DNA of 64,000 nt from Octopus vulgaris (taxonomy: Eukaryota). The number at the start of each line of letters is the position of its first letter. Position 1 is the first letter of the stretch. A program made the translations under genes and the position numbers. The stretch lies in assembly GCA_951406725.2 (NCBI GenBank), contig OX597815.1, positions 73,532,001-73,596,000 on the forward strand. Direction: 5' to 3'. Below, in pieces: positions 39,418 to 53,390 of this stretch. Under the pieces are notes generated by a model. The model ran no database searches. It was not told where the DNA came from and saw only the letters and a list, made by a program, of their open reading frames with translations.

Positions 39418-40282
39418 ATCATTAATTTGGGGAAGGTGGTAAGCTGGTAGAATCATTAGCACACCAGGCAATATGCTTAGCAGTATTTTGTCTGTCTTTA
39501 CATTCTGGGTCCAAATTCCACCGAAGTTGACTTTACTTTTCATCCCTTCAGAGTCTATGAAATAAGTACCACTTGAGTACTGGGGTTGATGTAATCAACT
39601 AACCCCCTCCCACCGGAATTACTGGCCTTGTGCCAACATTTCAAACCATTATTATTAAGGTGGTGAGCTGGCTGACTAATTGGAATGCCAGACAAAATTC
39701 TTTGTAGCATTTCTTCAAGCTCTTTATGTTCTTAACTCAAATACCACCATTGTCAACTTTGCCATTCATCCTTTTGGGGTCTATAAAATAAAGTACCAGT
39801 TAATTTTTCTAATTCACCTTTTCTAACTTTCAAACTTAGAAAGTGATTTAGTGATGACATGATTTTTCTTCCCAATATTCTAGTTTTACACAAAAGTCAT
39901 GGCATAAAGCTAGGTTTCATTCCAGAGTCCTTATTGTCCCTGCTTTTGAGATAAATTTATAGTAGTATGAATTGGTTTGTTTAGTAGCAGTGAAGAAAAC
40001 AAGAATGTGGAACCAAATAAGAAAAGTAGGTCTAGCGAAGTTTGTATTATAGAATCTGGTATAGTGATGTAATTGGAGTGGATGGCTTTATACGTTATTC
40101 TAACTTTCATAAGTGTTCATTTCTGGTGGCTTACTTTGGATTTTTTACTATTTTCATTTAGTCCCACTGTGTGACACCTTGGTCATCTCCTGCTATAGCT
40201 TTCACCCATCAAAAACCTTGAGTGGATTTGGTATACAGAAACTGAAAGAAGCCTATGATGCATGCATGCATGTATGTATGTA

Positions 40283-41159
40283 TGAGGTGGTATCAAAAAA
40301 TTCCTGGACTAGTTCTGTAGTGCACCAACAGATGGCAGCACATGGTTGCATGCACAGTGAGAGCTAGCAGTGTCCTTCATTAGGTAGTGTGCTGAGTGAC
40401 ATTGCCATGTTTAGTTTGCAAGTTGTGAAATTTGTGTTTTTGTAATCACATGTATGCTGTAATCTGTGATTTTGTCATGGACAGGAACAAAGAGCCAACA
40501 TTAAATCTTGCATTAAACATGTGAAGTCTCCTACAGTGACATTGAGCAAGCTTACAGCAACAAGGTAATTGGTCATGTGGAATGTTTTGAGGGGCATGGG
40601 TGCTTCAAATGTAGAAGACTGTCCTTGGAAGACAATGAGTAATCAAGAAGACTTGCCATGAGTATTACCCCCAGAAATGCAATGTTGTGCACCAAGGATT
40701 TGTCCCCCAGGGCCAGACCATCAACTGAGAGTTCTACTGCGATGTTTTGAAGTGTTTGAGGGAGGACATTTGGTGAAAGCAACTGGATCTGTGGAGTGCA
40801 AAGTATTGGATATTTCATGACAACAATGCACCCTGTCACTGAGCTCTCCTCACTCATAAGTTTCTCACCAAAAACAACATGGTGTTGCTTTCACACCCAC
40901 CCAATCTGCCAGATTTAGCACCTGTGGGCTTCCATCTCTTCCCCAAGATGAAAATGCAGCTCAAAAGTCACTGTTTTAACACCGTTGTCAAGATGAAGAG
41001 CAAATCACAGAAGGTCCTCAACTCGCTTACAAAAAAGTGGCAGCAATGCTGGGACTGGTGTATTGCTGTGGAAGGCAACTATTTCAATGGAGATGATGTT
41101 AAAACTTAGTTATTTTTTATAAAACATAATTATTCTGGGAACCTTTTGGTACTACCTCA
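40283..41159 (+). mobile_element. Internally deleted, degenerate mariner element
   Basis: TA-flanked TIRs (tgaggtggtatcaaaaaattcc / ggaaccttttggtactacctca); remnants HDNNAPCH, HPPNLPDLAPVGFHLFPKMK (YSPDLAP-like) and CIAVEGNYF. Confidence 0.88.
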
Positions 41160-41351
41160 TATGTATGTATGTATTTACATAACGTATGTATGTGTGTTTG
41201 TGCTTATCCTTGTCTACATACCATATCAGTTGTAAATGAGCATCACTGTCATACAGGTGATGTTGTTCGTTGCTAGTTGTCCTTGAAAAACATGTCTAAC
41301 CAAGAGAAAATATTACCATATTTGGAAACAGGTGAGGGTTGGCAACAGGAA

Positions 41352-41568
41352 TGGCGAGCTGGCAGAAACATTAGCATGCCAGCGGTATTTCGTCTGCCGT
41401 TACGTTCTGAGTTCAAATTCCGCTGAGGACAACTTTGCCTTTCATCCTTTCGGGGTCGATAAATTAAGTACCAGTTACGCACTGGGGTCAATGTAATCGA
41501 CTTAATCCCTTTGTCTGACCTTGTTTGTCCCCTCTATGTTTAGCCCCTTGTGGGCAATAAAGAAATAA
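41352..41568 (+). mobile_element. SINE family C (ggcgagctggcagaa...gagttcaaattcc); representative copy
   Basis: B-box-like GAGTTCAAATTCC. Other copies at 5013, 11440, 38150, 39435 and 52138 (+), with minus-strand tandem runs at ~9650-10600, 37310-38130 and 54960-55420. Confidence 0.8.
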
Positions 41569-42488
41569 ACAGGAAGGGCACTGGACTGCAGAAAATGTAC
41601 CTCAACAAATTTTGTCTGAACCATGGGAAAGTAGATGCTAAAATTTTGCCTTGGTTCAAAAATCACACAAAACCATTTACAATTTCTACCAATACTTCTG
41701 CTTGTCATAAAAATATAAACTGGTCTTTCACTTTAAAGCAAAACTTGTTTTTTACTTCCCAAATCTTCCTCCATCAATCACACATTTTCTTCAGTAAAAA
41801 TGCTTTCCACCTTTACAATTTTCTTTCAAAGAATAGCCTTCCTCGTTGCCTCCTTTTCTTTTGCATGTCTCATATACAACAGAAGGAGTCTTTGTTGTTC
41901 TCACTCATTCAGAGTTAACTTCTGCAGTCATCACTACATTTGTCACATTCATGAAACTTAATGTTGATGTTGCCAACTATATTTGTTAGCAAATTCTTTA
42001 CAGTAGCAATGATGGCATAACAAACACATACACAAAAAAAAAAATAATAAATAAAACAACTCTTTTTCTCATTATTAAAAACATATTTTGCTTAGTTGTC
42101 ACGCAGAAGGAGATCAAGGATTTTAGGAAAAAAACATTGCACCAACAACAACAATAATGATGGTGATGATGATGATGATGGTAGTAATGATAATAATTCA
42201 TCATAATGTTCAGTCATATTTGGAAATGAGTCTTAAGTGTTGTTGCTTATTGCAGGTACAGGTATGGCTGTGTGGTTAAAGAGTTTGCTTTGCTTTGGTC
42301 TTTAATTCAGTCCCACCAAGCTGATCAATGTCTTGTGAATGCATTTGATAGTCAGAAACTGTATGGAAGCTTTGTGTGTGTGTGTGTGTGTGTGAGGCAA
42401 AACAGGAAGTGAAATCTGGTGCAGTCTTCTGCTTAGCCAACCTCTATCAAACCATCCAACCAATGCCAGCCGGGAAAATGGACATCAA

Positions 42489-42564
<76 letters not shown>

Positions 42565-42831
42565 ATATACAAGGGTAAGATCCAGGGATCCAAGAGTAGG
42601 AAATTTGTAAGCTGCAAGCTGCAGTGAGTTAATTTAGAAATTCAAAACAACAATGTAACCTTCATTTAATTAAAGTATCCTCAGCCTGATGATTAGCTAA
42701 CCTGAGTATCCCTCATTACATCAGAGGATCAGCTAGCTAAGAAATATATGTAGCCTGCATTTTATACATTCCACTCCCTGAATTTGTATGTGTGTGTGTA
42801 TATACACATGTATATATGTATATATATATAT

Positions 42832-42896
<65 letters not shown>

Positions 42897-43287
42897 TATA
42901 CATATGTATATATGTGTGAGTGTGTGTGTGTGTGTGTACATATATACATATATATATACACACACACACACATAAGCACTATCCAAATGTGATTGATGCC
43001 AAGGACCCCTGGCTGGCTCCTGTGCCAGTTGGCATGTAAAAAGTACCTACTACACTCTTGGAATGGTGGTGTTAAGAAGGGCATCCAGCTGTTGAAACAT
43101 TGCCAGATCATGTTGGAGCCTGGTGCAGCTGCTGGCTTTCCAGACCTCAGTCAAACCAACCAACCCATGCCAACATGTAAAAAAGTAAAGTCTAATTCTT
43201 CAATTCCATGTGACACGGGCAATGCTAGGTATCTCTGCTAGTATATACTTATGTGTGCATGTGTGTGTTTATATATTTACATATATG

Positions 43288-43348
<61 letters not shown>

Positions 43349-43382
43349 AACATATATATATATATATATACACATATATATA

Positions 43383-44620
43383 TCATCATCATCATCATCA
43401 TCGTTTAACATCCATTTTCCGCGCTAGCACGGGTTGGACGGATTGACCGGGGTCTGGGAAGCCAGGGGCTGTTCCAGGCTCCAGTCTGATCTGGCAGAGT
43501 TTCTACGGCTGGATGCCCTTCCTAACGCCAACCACTCCGCGAGTGGAGTGGGTGCTTTTTACGTGCCACCTGCACAGGTGCCAGGGTGGGTCTGGCATCG
43601 ATCACGATCGGTTCGAGCTTTTAACGTGCCAGCGGCACGGAAGCCAGCCAAGGTGGCGCTGGCATCGGTCACGTTCGGATGGTGCTTTTTGGGGGTGCAG
43701 GTAATATAGGGAAGCACCAGTGGGGAGGGTTGGGGTGAGGAACGATGACAGCTAGGGTTGATGCAGGTTCGTAGGAAATAAAACGTAGGACTTCACGAGT
43801 GGGGGAGGGGACTGGAAGGAGATAGCCGGTTGAGGCAGTGACAGATTCAAAAACAGGAGGAAACGTAGGATAGGTGGGGGGGGGTTGATGAGCTGCGGCG
43901 CTAGCTGCTTGTCTTGGTGGGGGGGGTAACACACAGTGAAAGCATGTGAGGAGGAGGGGTAGGAGGGAGAGACACACATAATGGTGGTGAGGGAGAGCAT
44001 ATCCGGTGTAGATGGTGTGAACGGTGAGAACAGTGTTCACCGGTATTGGTGGTGGGGGTGGGAAAGGGCGGGTGAACCGCGAATGGTGAAGATCGAATTA
44101 AAGGATTGAAGGTACTTTAGAGAAACGGGCAGGAATGGTGAGCGAATGGTGAAGATCGAATTAAAGGATTGAAGGTACTTTAGAGAAACGGGCAGGAATG
44201 GCGAGCGAATGGTGAAGATCGAATTAAAGGATTGAAGGTACTTTAGAGAAACGGGCGGGAATGGCGATGTTTTTAGGGTGGCATAGAGAAAGAAAAAGGA
44301 AAGCAAAGCAGATTGGTGGTTATAAGTTCAAAACATTTAAACGGTAGACAAATGTATGTATGTATGTATGAAAAAGAAGGGAGAAAATCTTCTTAGCTTG
44401 CTAATAGACATCGCTGTAAGTCGGAGAAGAAATGATAGTGAATGGTGAAGATCGAATTAAAGGATTGAAGGTACTTTAGAGAAACGGGCGGGAATGGCGA
44501 TGTTTTTAGGGTGGCATAGAGAAAGAAAAAGGAAAGCAAAGCAGATTGGTGGTTATAAGTTCAAAACATTTAAACGGTAGACAAATGTATGTATGTATGT
44601 ATGAAAAAGAAGGAGAAAAA
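43383..44620 (-). mobile_element. Composite element: upstream repeat block, segment X and RTE 3' end
   Basis: (ATC)n tail at 43383, RTE 3' UTR to ~43690, X at 43700-44075, then a repeat block to ~44620 ending at (TA)n. Confidence 0.7.
44079..44267. repeat. 63-bp tandem repeat x3, with a fourth copy inside a ~180-bp duplication at 44440-44618
   Basis: Unit gcgaatggtgaagatcgaattaaaggattgaaggtactttagagaaacgggcaggaatggtga starts at 44079, 44142 and 44205. Confidence 0.95.
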
Positions 44621-44629
44621 AAAATATAT

Positions 44630-44704
<75 letters not shown>

Positions 44705-44713
44705 ATATATACT

Positions 44714-44749
<36 letters not shown>

Positions 44750-44866
44750 AACATATATATTTATATATATATGCATATATATATATATATATATAAACAT
44801 ATATACTTATATATATATACATATATATATATATTATATATATAAACATATATATTTATATATATA

Positions 44867-44911
<45 letters not shown>

Positions 44912-44957
44912 GGGCTATTCTTTACTGGAAAGCGATACTCTAGTATTGCATTACTAT

Positions 44958-44997
<40 letters not shown>

Positions 44998-45292
44998 TAT
45001 AAAGGTAAATAATTATTAATTTCAAAATCAACAATTATTTCTGGGTAGATTTCAGTATGGAAATATAACCATTATCAGTAGGAACCTTTATAAAAAGTTC
45101 TATATATATATTTATATATATAAATAAAAAGGGCAAGCAACAGGTTGCTTAGCCACATACCGAAAAATTAGAAATAGCAGTCAAAGACTGGTTATTTCTA
45201 TTTTCTACAAATATAACTCCACATATAACATATACATGTAACTCACATATGTAAAACAGGATGAAAAATAATGAAAACAAAGTCTTCGGTTA

Positions 45293-45352
45293 GTTACAGA
45301 CGCATTTCTGGGTCAGAATTATAAACAAATCTATTGCCATCTTCAGCGTAAC
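45293..45352 (-). ncRNA. Minimal type-I hammerhead ribozyme motif (canonical core)
   Basis: GUUACG-CUGAAGA-UGG...CCA-GAAA-UGCG-UC-UGUAAC: 6-bp stem I, intact CUGAnGA and GAAA boxes, GUC site, near-palindromic stem III. Confidence 0.72.
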
Positions 45353-48300
45353 ATTCCTTTAGATAGATTTACAAATGTTAATTTACATACCTCTTGCTTC
45401 CCGACCTCGCACCATCGGAGATAGCATGAGGCAATTAACACAGGCTAAATCCATATAGACGAATGAATTCATATTTTCCCTCCAAAATTTTACCATGTGC
45501 TTCACAAAAGGACATTAAAAGATAATGATCGCTATACACACACACACACGCAATTATCATCTTATAATGTCCATCTTCTGACATTTCAGAGGACTGCATC
45601 ATACTCTAATGTATGTTTTGGCATTGTTTCCATGGCTGGTTGCCCTTCTTAATGCCATAAACACTAATAAGGTTGCCATTTAACTTGTAAGACTAAGATC
45701 CCCTTCAACTGCATGGAACTACAGTAGAAAGGGAGGCAGCTTTAGGTTAGATGAGAGGTTAAAATATGAACAGTTCGGCATCCAGAGTGCCAACTTGCTT
45801 CCAACCACACAGTTCTGGGTTCATGTCCCACTGTGTGGCACCTTGGGCAAGTGTCTTCCACTATAGCCTCGGGCTTTGGTCATCCCCACACTATAGTAGA
45901 AGGTACTTGTCCAAGGTGTCGCACAGGGGTACTGAACCCAGAACCATGTGGTTGGTAAACAAACTTAGATTCAATGCAGCCACTCAGTGTGTGGACTTTT
46001 GAATCATTTTCTATTTTTGTAGTAATAGTTTGTTATGTTGAAAGAAAGAAAATGACATGAAAGGGCTATTTTTTTTAATACTTTAGTGAAGAATGAAGGC
46101 AGAGCCTATGGCTCATTACAGTGCCTAGCATGAGAAGAGGGGGAGAGGGGGAGGGGAAGAAGGGGAGGGAGAGATGGCAGAACATATCCTCAAATCAGGG
46201 TTCTGGTCAGAATGCTTGCAAGAGAGTGGACTACAGTAAAAGCAATCAAGGTGTCACATAGTGGTGTTAAACCAAGCGACAGATTCGATCTGTCACCTAC
46301 ATAAACCAGGGTGGGATATGAACTCAGAACCCAAAGGCATCCAGTCCAACATTTCTGATAGTTCTGACAATCCACTGCCTTGGATTGGTACTTTTCTTAA
46401 TTGATCTTGAAAGGGTAAGAGGTAAAGTTGACCTCAATGAGATTTGAACTCAGAACACACAAAGTTAGAACAAATAGCGAAAAAATATTCTGTCCAATGC
46501 CCCAACTAACTCTGCCAATTTCCCACCTACAGATGTTTCAAGAAGGAAAATTGTTTAATTTAAAAATAGAAGAGAAACTTACCCAAATAAAATTGTTTAC
46601 TGATGGTCGAAACAGTTCTGGATCAAATTTGGCAAGCTGATTACAGAGAGAGAGAGAGAGAGAAAAAAAAAGGAAGAAATATATGAGCGGAAATTATTTT
46701 ATACAAAAACAAAAATATTTTAACCATAATTGGAACTCAAAGGAGACACAAGCACTTTCACATACAAATATACACATGAAGAAATTTCTGTCCACCAAAT
46801 TCCCTCTTAAGGCTTTGGTTGGCCTGAGGCTCTAGTAGAAGTCACTAGCCTGAGGTGCTGAGCAGTGGGACTGAACCCAGTACTATGTGGTTGGGAAGTG
46901 AACTTCCTACCTATACAGTCATGCCTGCACATAGAAATATGGAAATGAAATATTTAGGCAATTTATGCACTCACTCACTCACACACACACACACACACAC
47001 ACTCATGCATAAAGCAAATGAGTATAACCTAATTGCATGTATCATGCTTTCACTAATTGTTTTAGGTGATTGTGTAGTAATGAGTGGACACAGATACCCT
47101 CTTGACCTCGCCTTCAATGCCCCAGCAAAAACATCGACTATAGGCACAAGGCCTGAAATTTGGGGAAGGAGTATAGTTGATTTCATCAACTGACAGCTGG
47201 TGGTCAAGAGAGCTGCACTAGAACTCACCTAGTACTCCTTTACAGCTGAGGAAACTAGAACAACATGAAATGAAGTGCCTTGTCCAAGGACACAACATGT
47301 TTACCAGTCAGGAATTGAACCCATGACCTTAAGTTTATGAGTCCAACAACCTAACCACAGGGCTACATGACTTCCTGATCCCTCTATTATACTTTAGTAT
47401 CTCAATGCCTTGCATAAAACCACCACTTCTTGACTCCAACCTTAGTCAGTTACAGGTCTTTTCTTTGACCTGTGAGTTACTTGACTGACCAAAGCCTTGT
47501 GAGTGGATTTGGTTGATGGAAACTGAAAGAAGCCCATTGTTTCCATGGGTGCATGTATGTGTGTCTGTGTGCACGTGTTTGTCCCCCACCACCGCTTGTC
47601 AACTGGTATCATTGTGTTTATGTCCCTGTAACTTAGTGGTTCAGCAAAAGAGACCAACAGAATAAGTATCAGGCTTTAAAAAATAAGTACTTGGGGTCAA
47701 TGCATTTGACTAAAAGTTCTTCAAGGCTGTGCCCCAGCATGGCCACAGTCTAAAAATACATATAAATAATTGTGTGCAAACAGTTTGATGTATGACTGTT
47801 ACTGTAAGAGTTAGACCTCCACATAGATTAGCATTATCCAGTCAGATTCTAGTGTAGTGGAACATCCAGTGTTGAGCTCCAAATAACTGTAATGGTGAAA
47901 CAAATGTAGCAACTAATAATACTCATGACTGTGTGGTAAGAAGTTTGCTTCTCAACCACATGGTTCTAGGTTCAGTCCTACTGCATGGCACACAGAAAAG
48001 GTGGCTTCTACTATTACCCACCAGCCAACCAAAGCCTTTTGAGTGGCTTTGGTAGACAGAAACTGAAAGAAACATACATGCATGTATGCATATATATATA
48101 TTTAATAAAAAAACATTTATCAGAATGAAGCACACTGTAGAAAACAGAGCAGTAATTATTACAACAAAATTTTATATAGCGTTATCCAAGGTTTTGCACC
48201 CACAAAGCCAAAGTCTTGTGGACAGCTCATCAGACTCTATATAGAGTTTGATGAACAGTCCACATGACTTAGGCTTTGTAGGTACGAAACCTTGGATAAC

Positions 48301-50118
48301 TCTATATACAATTTTGTTGTTTGTTTGTTTGTATGTATGTTTGTATGTATATGTCTGTATGTCCTTTTGTTTATGGCCTTGCTTTTGACAACCAGCGTAC
48401 CAGAGTGGATTTGTTTATGTCCCTCATAACTCACAGTTCAGCAAATAGAGACCCATAGTGTAAGTAGAAGACTTTAAAACATAAGTACTAGGATTGATTT
48501 GTTTGATTAAACCCTTCAATGCGGTACCTGAGTATGGCTGTAGTCTAATGACTGAAACGATAAAAGAGAAAAGATATATCATAAAATGATGATGATGTTG
48601 CTCGTGTTTTTCCTACATGTCTTGACCAACAGAATTTCAGTGATCATTGACTACACTGATTTCTCCAGTCAGTGGTCAAAAGATGCTTAAGAAATTATGA
48701 ATACATTCCCTGTCACAGCTACCTTCTCTAAGTACATAACAAAGAAAGTATATATTTTCTAAAATAGGTTTCAGAAAATTACCATACATAGGTAATAAAT
48801 AATAGACACACAGTTGGCTTCATGACTGGTTTGCTAGTAAGTTAATGTCTCAGATTTTGATAAAAAATTCAGTTGATATAGATATTACAAATATGTAATA
48901 TTTTCAGATATCCTTGTGTTTGCTGTGTGATTATTAGGCAGGAATATTATATAACATCCTTATATTTATTATACAATACTATGTAGGTGAATCAAGGAAT
49001 ATCTATATTTTCCAAAGAAAGAATTCACTGCTCTGTATACATGTTGATGGATGCAATAATGCTTTCGATAAACTATTCACAGTGAACTATGTAATATCTT
49101 CAGAGATCCTTGCTTCTTCTTCTTCTTCTTTACCATCATCATTTTAACATTTACTCTTCCATGCTCACAATGGGTTGGATAGAATTTTTGAGATGGATTT
49201 TTAAAGGCCAGATGCTCTTCCTGTTACAACCCTCACCTCTTTCCAAGCAACATAACATTTCCCCTTAAACCAGACACGGTTTCATGGAAGGTTGGAAACC
49301 AAAGGACACTGCTTGCATCATGATAACTATAACAACACCACATAGGTAAATCAATAACTATATTTTCACAAAACACTCACTTAAAGAAAGAATTCACTGT
49401 TCACTTGTTTATGGAAACCATAACATCTTTGATAAACTACACAAAAGTACGCTTCTATAGCGAACCGCACTGCAGGCAAATTCCCATGTAATGGCGAAGT
49501 CATATTTATTTGTGGCACACTGTCACCATCCATATTTAGCGAGTAGATATTAAATCATTCTTTCATCCCTGCAGACTGATAAGATACTTGCCATAAGTTA
49601 CACAATAGCGAATTATGTTCTCAAAGAAAACATTAATTCACTAACATCACAGCACATGTTTCATGATAGTTTTCAAAGACTGAACCTCGAATTAAATGTT
49701 AATAATGCTGACTTTGCTGCTGTGTTTTACTCTGATTTGGTACCATTTCTCTGATTATTATTTTTTTTTTTGTGCGTGTGTGTGTGTTTGTTTGTGTATA
49801 TAAAGGAACATGTTCACAGAAACAAAAGGTGCAGATAATAATAATAAAGTGTGAGTTAAACCTTTATGCATCCACAGAACACAGAGCTTAGCGGGGGCAT
49901 ACAACAAATACAAACTAAACAATTAAATAATGTAAGTTATAATAATAACGATGGTTATTTCTCATACTGGCAAATGGCTACAAATATGAAGAGAGGATAC
50001 TTCAATCAACTCCTGAACTTATTTTATTGTCTCAGGAACGATGAAAGATAAAAGTCAAATTTGGATGGACTGTAAATGAAAAACATAAAGGCTTAGAAGT
50101 GAATATTGACAGCATATA

Positions 50119-51384
50119 TTGGGTCATCCAATAAATAATGCAGTTTATTTATACTTCTTTTATTTTTCAAAATTAAGATAAACAAAGTTCTTTCTTAATT
50201 TAAAATATACTCTCTTTCATTTTCTACAATACTCTTCAATCTATCTGGTAGACTTGCAAGGCCCCTCTTCCAAAATTCACTAGTCCATGATAAAAGATAC
50301 TCCTCCACTACTGTTCTTACCTCATCTTCAGAATTCATATCTTTTTCCGTCCAAATGATTTTAAAGACTGTGGAATAAATGATAATCAGATGGGGCAATG
50401 TCTGGCAAATATGGTGAGTGAGGCATTATTTACCATTCAAACTGTTCCAGCCTTTGGAATGTTATCCTTGCTGTATGTGGTCAAGCATTATGCTGATGGA
50501 AGAACACCTTTCGTCTTGGAACCCAAGATAGTCGTTTTTCTTCTACCGCTGACTTAGGCTGCACAAGCTGCTCACAGTAGATCTCCTTTGTTATCATTTG
50601 GTTTGGGTTTAAAAGTTCAAAGTGGACTAAACCTTCCATATCCCACCAAACAGATAACAACACCTTACATGGGTAAAGACTTCCTTTAGCCTGGGGTGCT
50701 GGTGTTTCTCCTTTCCCTTACCTACTGTCTTCAATGCTTGATATTTTTATAGAGAACCTATTTCTTGTCACCAGTCACTATTTGGTCCAAAAAAGGTTCA
50801 TTTGTGAGGTGAGATGTAACAGTAAAGAAGAGCACACATTCACTTGCTGTGTACAATTAGACTTGGAAAGTTTGTAAGGAACCCATTGACCCAATTTGAC
50901 TTTTCCAATGACATGCAGATGTTGATGAATGGTTGAATGACCAAATCCAAGCTTCTCTGCTAGTTCCTCAACAGCTTCATTGGGATTTGCAAGACATCCT
51001 CGTCAAGTTCTACAGGTCTTTCAGGTTGAGGCTCGTCTTCTAGGTTGTAGTTTCCCGCTTGGAATATTTGGAACTACTGGCTTATGCCTATTGTCCCGTT
51101 CCCATATACTGCATTGATATTCCTCACACTTTCCATTGCATTGTTGCCTTTATTGAACTCATAAAGCAAAATATGCTGAACATGCTCCTTTGTCATTTCC
51201 ATTATAACTTTGAAAAATAACTGTTAAAATTGAACTGCACCCTTCAAAACTTGCACTAAAAATAAGAACAAGGTAAAATTATTACCTGCTTTTATAGCAA
51301 GTTGATGCAGGTAGTTTATCCCATCCCCATCCAACTTTTAGTTCATACAATTGATAAAACTACATTATTTATGGGATGACCCAT
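50119..51384 (-). mobile_element. Full-length degenerate mariner (~1.27 kb) with transposase pseudogene
   Basis: TIRs ttgggtcatccaataaataatgcagttt / aaactacattatttatgggatgaccca; MEMTKEHVQHILLYEFNKG start, WVPYKL, LLSVWWDMEGLVHFELL and FHQHNA, with stops and frameshifts. Confidence 0.92.
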
Positions 51385-52374
51385 ATGATAGGCTTCTACA
51401 CAGTTTTAGTCTACCAAATTCATTCACAAGGCATTGGTTGGCCCAGGGCTAGAGTAGAAGACACTTTAACAAGGTGCCAAGCAGTGAGACTCTTAACTGC
51501 ACAGCCATTCCTGACCCTGGAAGGATGAATGACAAAGTTCACATACACACACACACACCACCACCATCATCAGGGATTAGGTGCTTTTTACATAGCACCA
51601 GCAAGATCTCCTTTGGCATGGTTTTTATAGCTAGAAGCTGTTCCAAACACCAACCACTTCACACAGTGAACTGGGTGCTTTTTATGTAGCGCCAGCACCG
51701 GTGAGGTCATCAAGTAACTTGCAAGACAAAGATCCTTTGAGAGGAGAGTGGTATTGAAGGCAGTTAGTAAGTGCCAGGTGACAAGAGGTTAGAGTGTGAC
51801 AGAAGGACAGAAGCAGATGACTTGCTGAGGAGGAGATACAGGATTACCCCAGTCAGAGGAAGAGAGAACAAGGGAGATGGTGGCGATGTGCCAGGGCATA
51901 CTCTTAAGGTGTATGTATATATATATATATATATATATACATATACACACACAATGGGCTTATTTAAGTTTCCTTCTAACAAATCCACTCACAATACTTT
52001 GGTCAGCCTGAAATATAGCAGAAGACACTTGCCCAAGGTGCTGTGCAATGGGACTGAACTCAGAAACACATGGTTAGGAAGCAAGCTTCTTAACCACATA
52101 GTCATGCCTGTTACCATTCAATATGTGTACAAATGAAGGGGGCGAGCTGGCAGAAATGTTAGCACATCGGGCAAAATGCTTAGCGGTATTTCATCTGTCT
52201 TTACAGTCTTAGTTCAAATTTCACCAAGGTTGACTTTGCTTTTCATCCTTTCGGGGTTGATAAATTATGTACCAGTTGCATACTGGGGTCGATCTAATCG
52301 GCTGCTTCCCACCTTCCCCAAAATTTCAGGTCTTGTGCCTAGAGTAGAAAAGAATATGTGTACAAATGTACAAA

Positions 52375-53390
52375 TATTAGAAGAAAACAATCCACCATCT
52401 CCTGTATAGGAATAGACTCAAAGTCTATACTATAAATAACAAACAAGTGGAAACATTGTTACTTATAGTGCACAGACATTGTTGAGGAATTGGCATGAAA
52501 GATGGTTGAATAAAAAGTGCCAAAGCAACCTTGACAAGGGAAAAGTTAACAAAAACCTTGATAAAGAAACAGAGATAAGAAAATTAGGACCAAACACAGA
52601 CTTATAAAATTAGTTAGGAAATATAAACCAAATGGGGAAGTCACATATTTACCACCTCAACAAGATACCAGTTCTTGCCTTGCTTTCTGTTGTAATCCAA
52701 CATCGGACGGTTATAATGTCCACTCCAGTATAGCAGTGTAGTTAGTTAGACAAGTAAGACACAACTATCTATGACCGACTACTAACTTCCTAACGTTACA
52801 GTATTTGTAACAACTAGCACATACCACTCATCATGTGGGAGGAGTGTTACATTATAATCATTATCCCCATAAGATCTACTCTTTTAAGTTTTTCTTTGAT
52901 CTTAGGGAGTGCAATTTTATTTCTTTTTACTAGCAATAATTTTTGCATCACCTCACCTCCAATTTTCAAGGGTTTGTTTTTCATACAGTTACAAATTTAA
53001 TGTTTTTTTTTAGTTTGGCATCCACTTCCAACAACTCTATACATTTTCTTTTTTCTACTTGTACGTCTGGATTCAATTATTTGTAGTGGCGTTAGTACTT
53101 GAAAAGTATCATGTCATCATCCCATTGGTTCTTCCAATCTCTTGGGTTCGCTATCAACAAATCCTTTTTTTAGTTGATTCATGTGTCCCTTGTATATCCC
53201 TTTTCTTCCTTTTACCAGGTATAGCAATTTTCCTATTCATTTGGTAATCACACCATCTTCCCAAGTTTGTTTTCTGTTCTTATATACCCTAACAAATACA
53301 TTTTTGCCAATTTTGAAATATCTTGCTGTATTATCCATTGCAATTTTTCTTTTCTTACCAGGTATTAATTTGTCAAAGACTGATTCTTTG
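52375..53390 (-). mobile_element. Gypsy LTR-retrotransposon 3' relic (integrase C-terminus plus probable LTR)
   Basis: 53338-53162 translates MDNTARYFKIGKNVFVRVYKNRKQTWEDGVITK*IGKLLYLVKGRKGIYKGHMNQLKKG (F..G..V.VR....W..G.I....G...Y.V...H.NQL). A purine-rich tract near 52880-52900 precedes the putative LTR; LTR limits are uncertain. Confidence 0.7.

Noticed and set aside
41700-41930. Purine-rich minus-strand stretch that looked like a coiled-coil exon
   Set aside because: Stops in all frames I read and no good splice pair; more likely an old TE remnant.
44037-44306. ORF with a 21-aa repeat, and a CRISPR-like appearance of the block
   Set aside because: A contiguous 63-bp tandem repeat with no unique spacers, in eukaryotic DNA with no cas genes.
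45041-45085. Hammerhead-like CUGAUAA-UGG..CCA..GAAA (minus strand)
   Set aside because: G8A without a compensating C3U, extra bases before GAAA and no stem I; at best a decayed relic.
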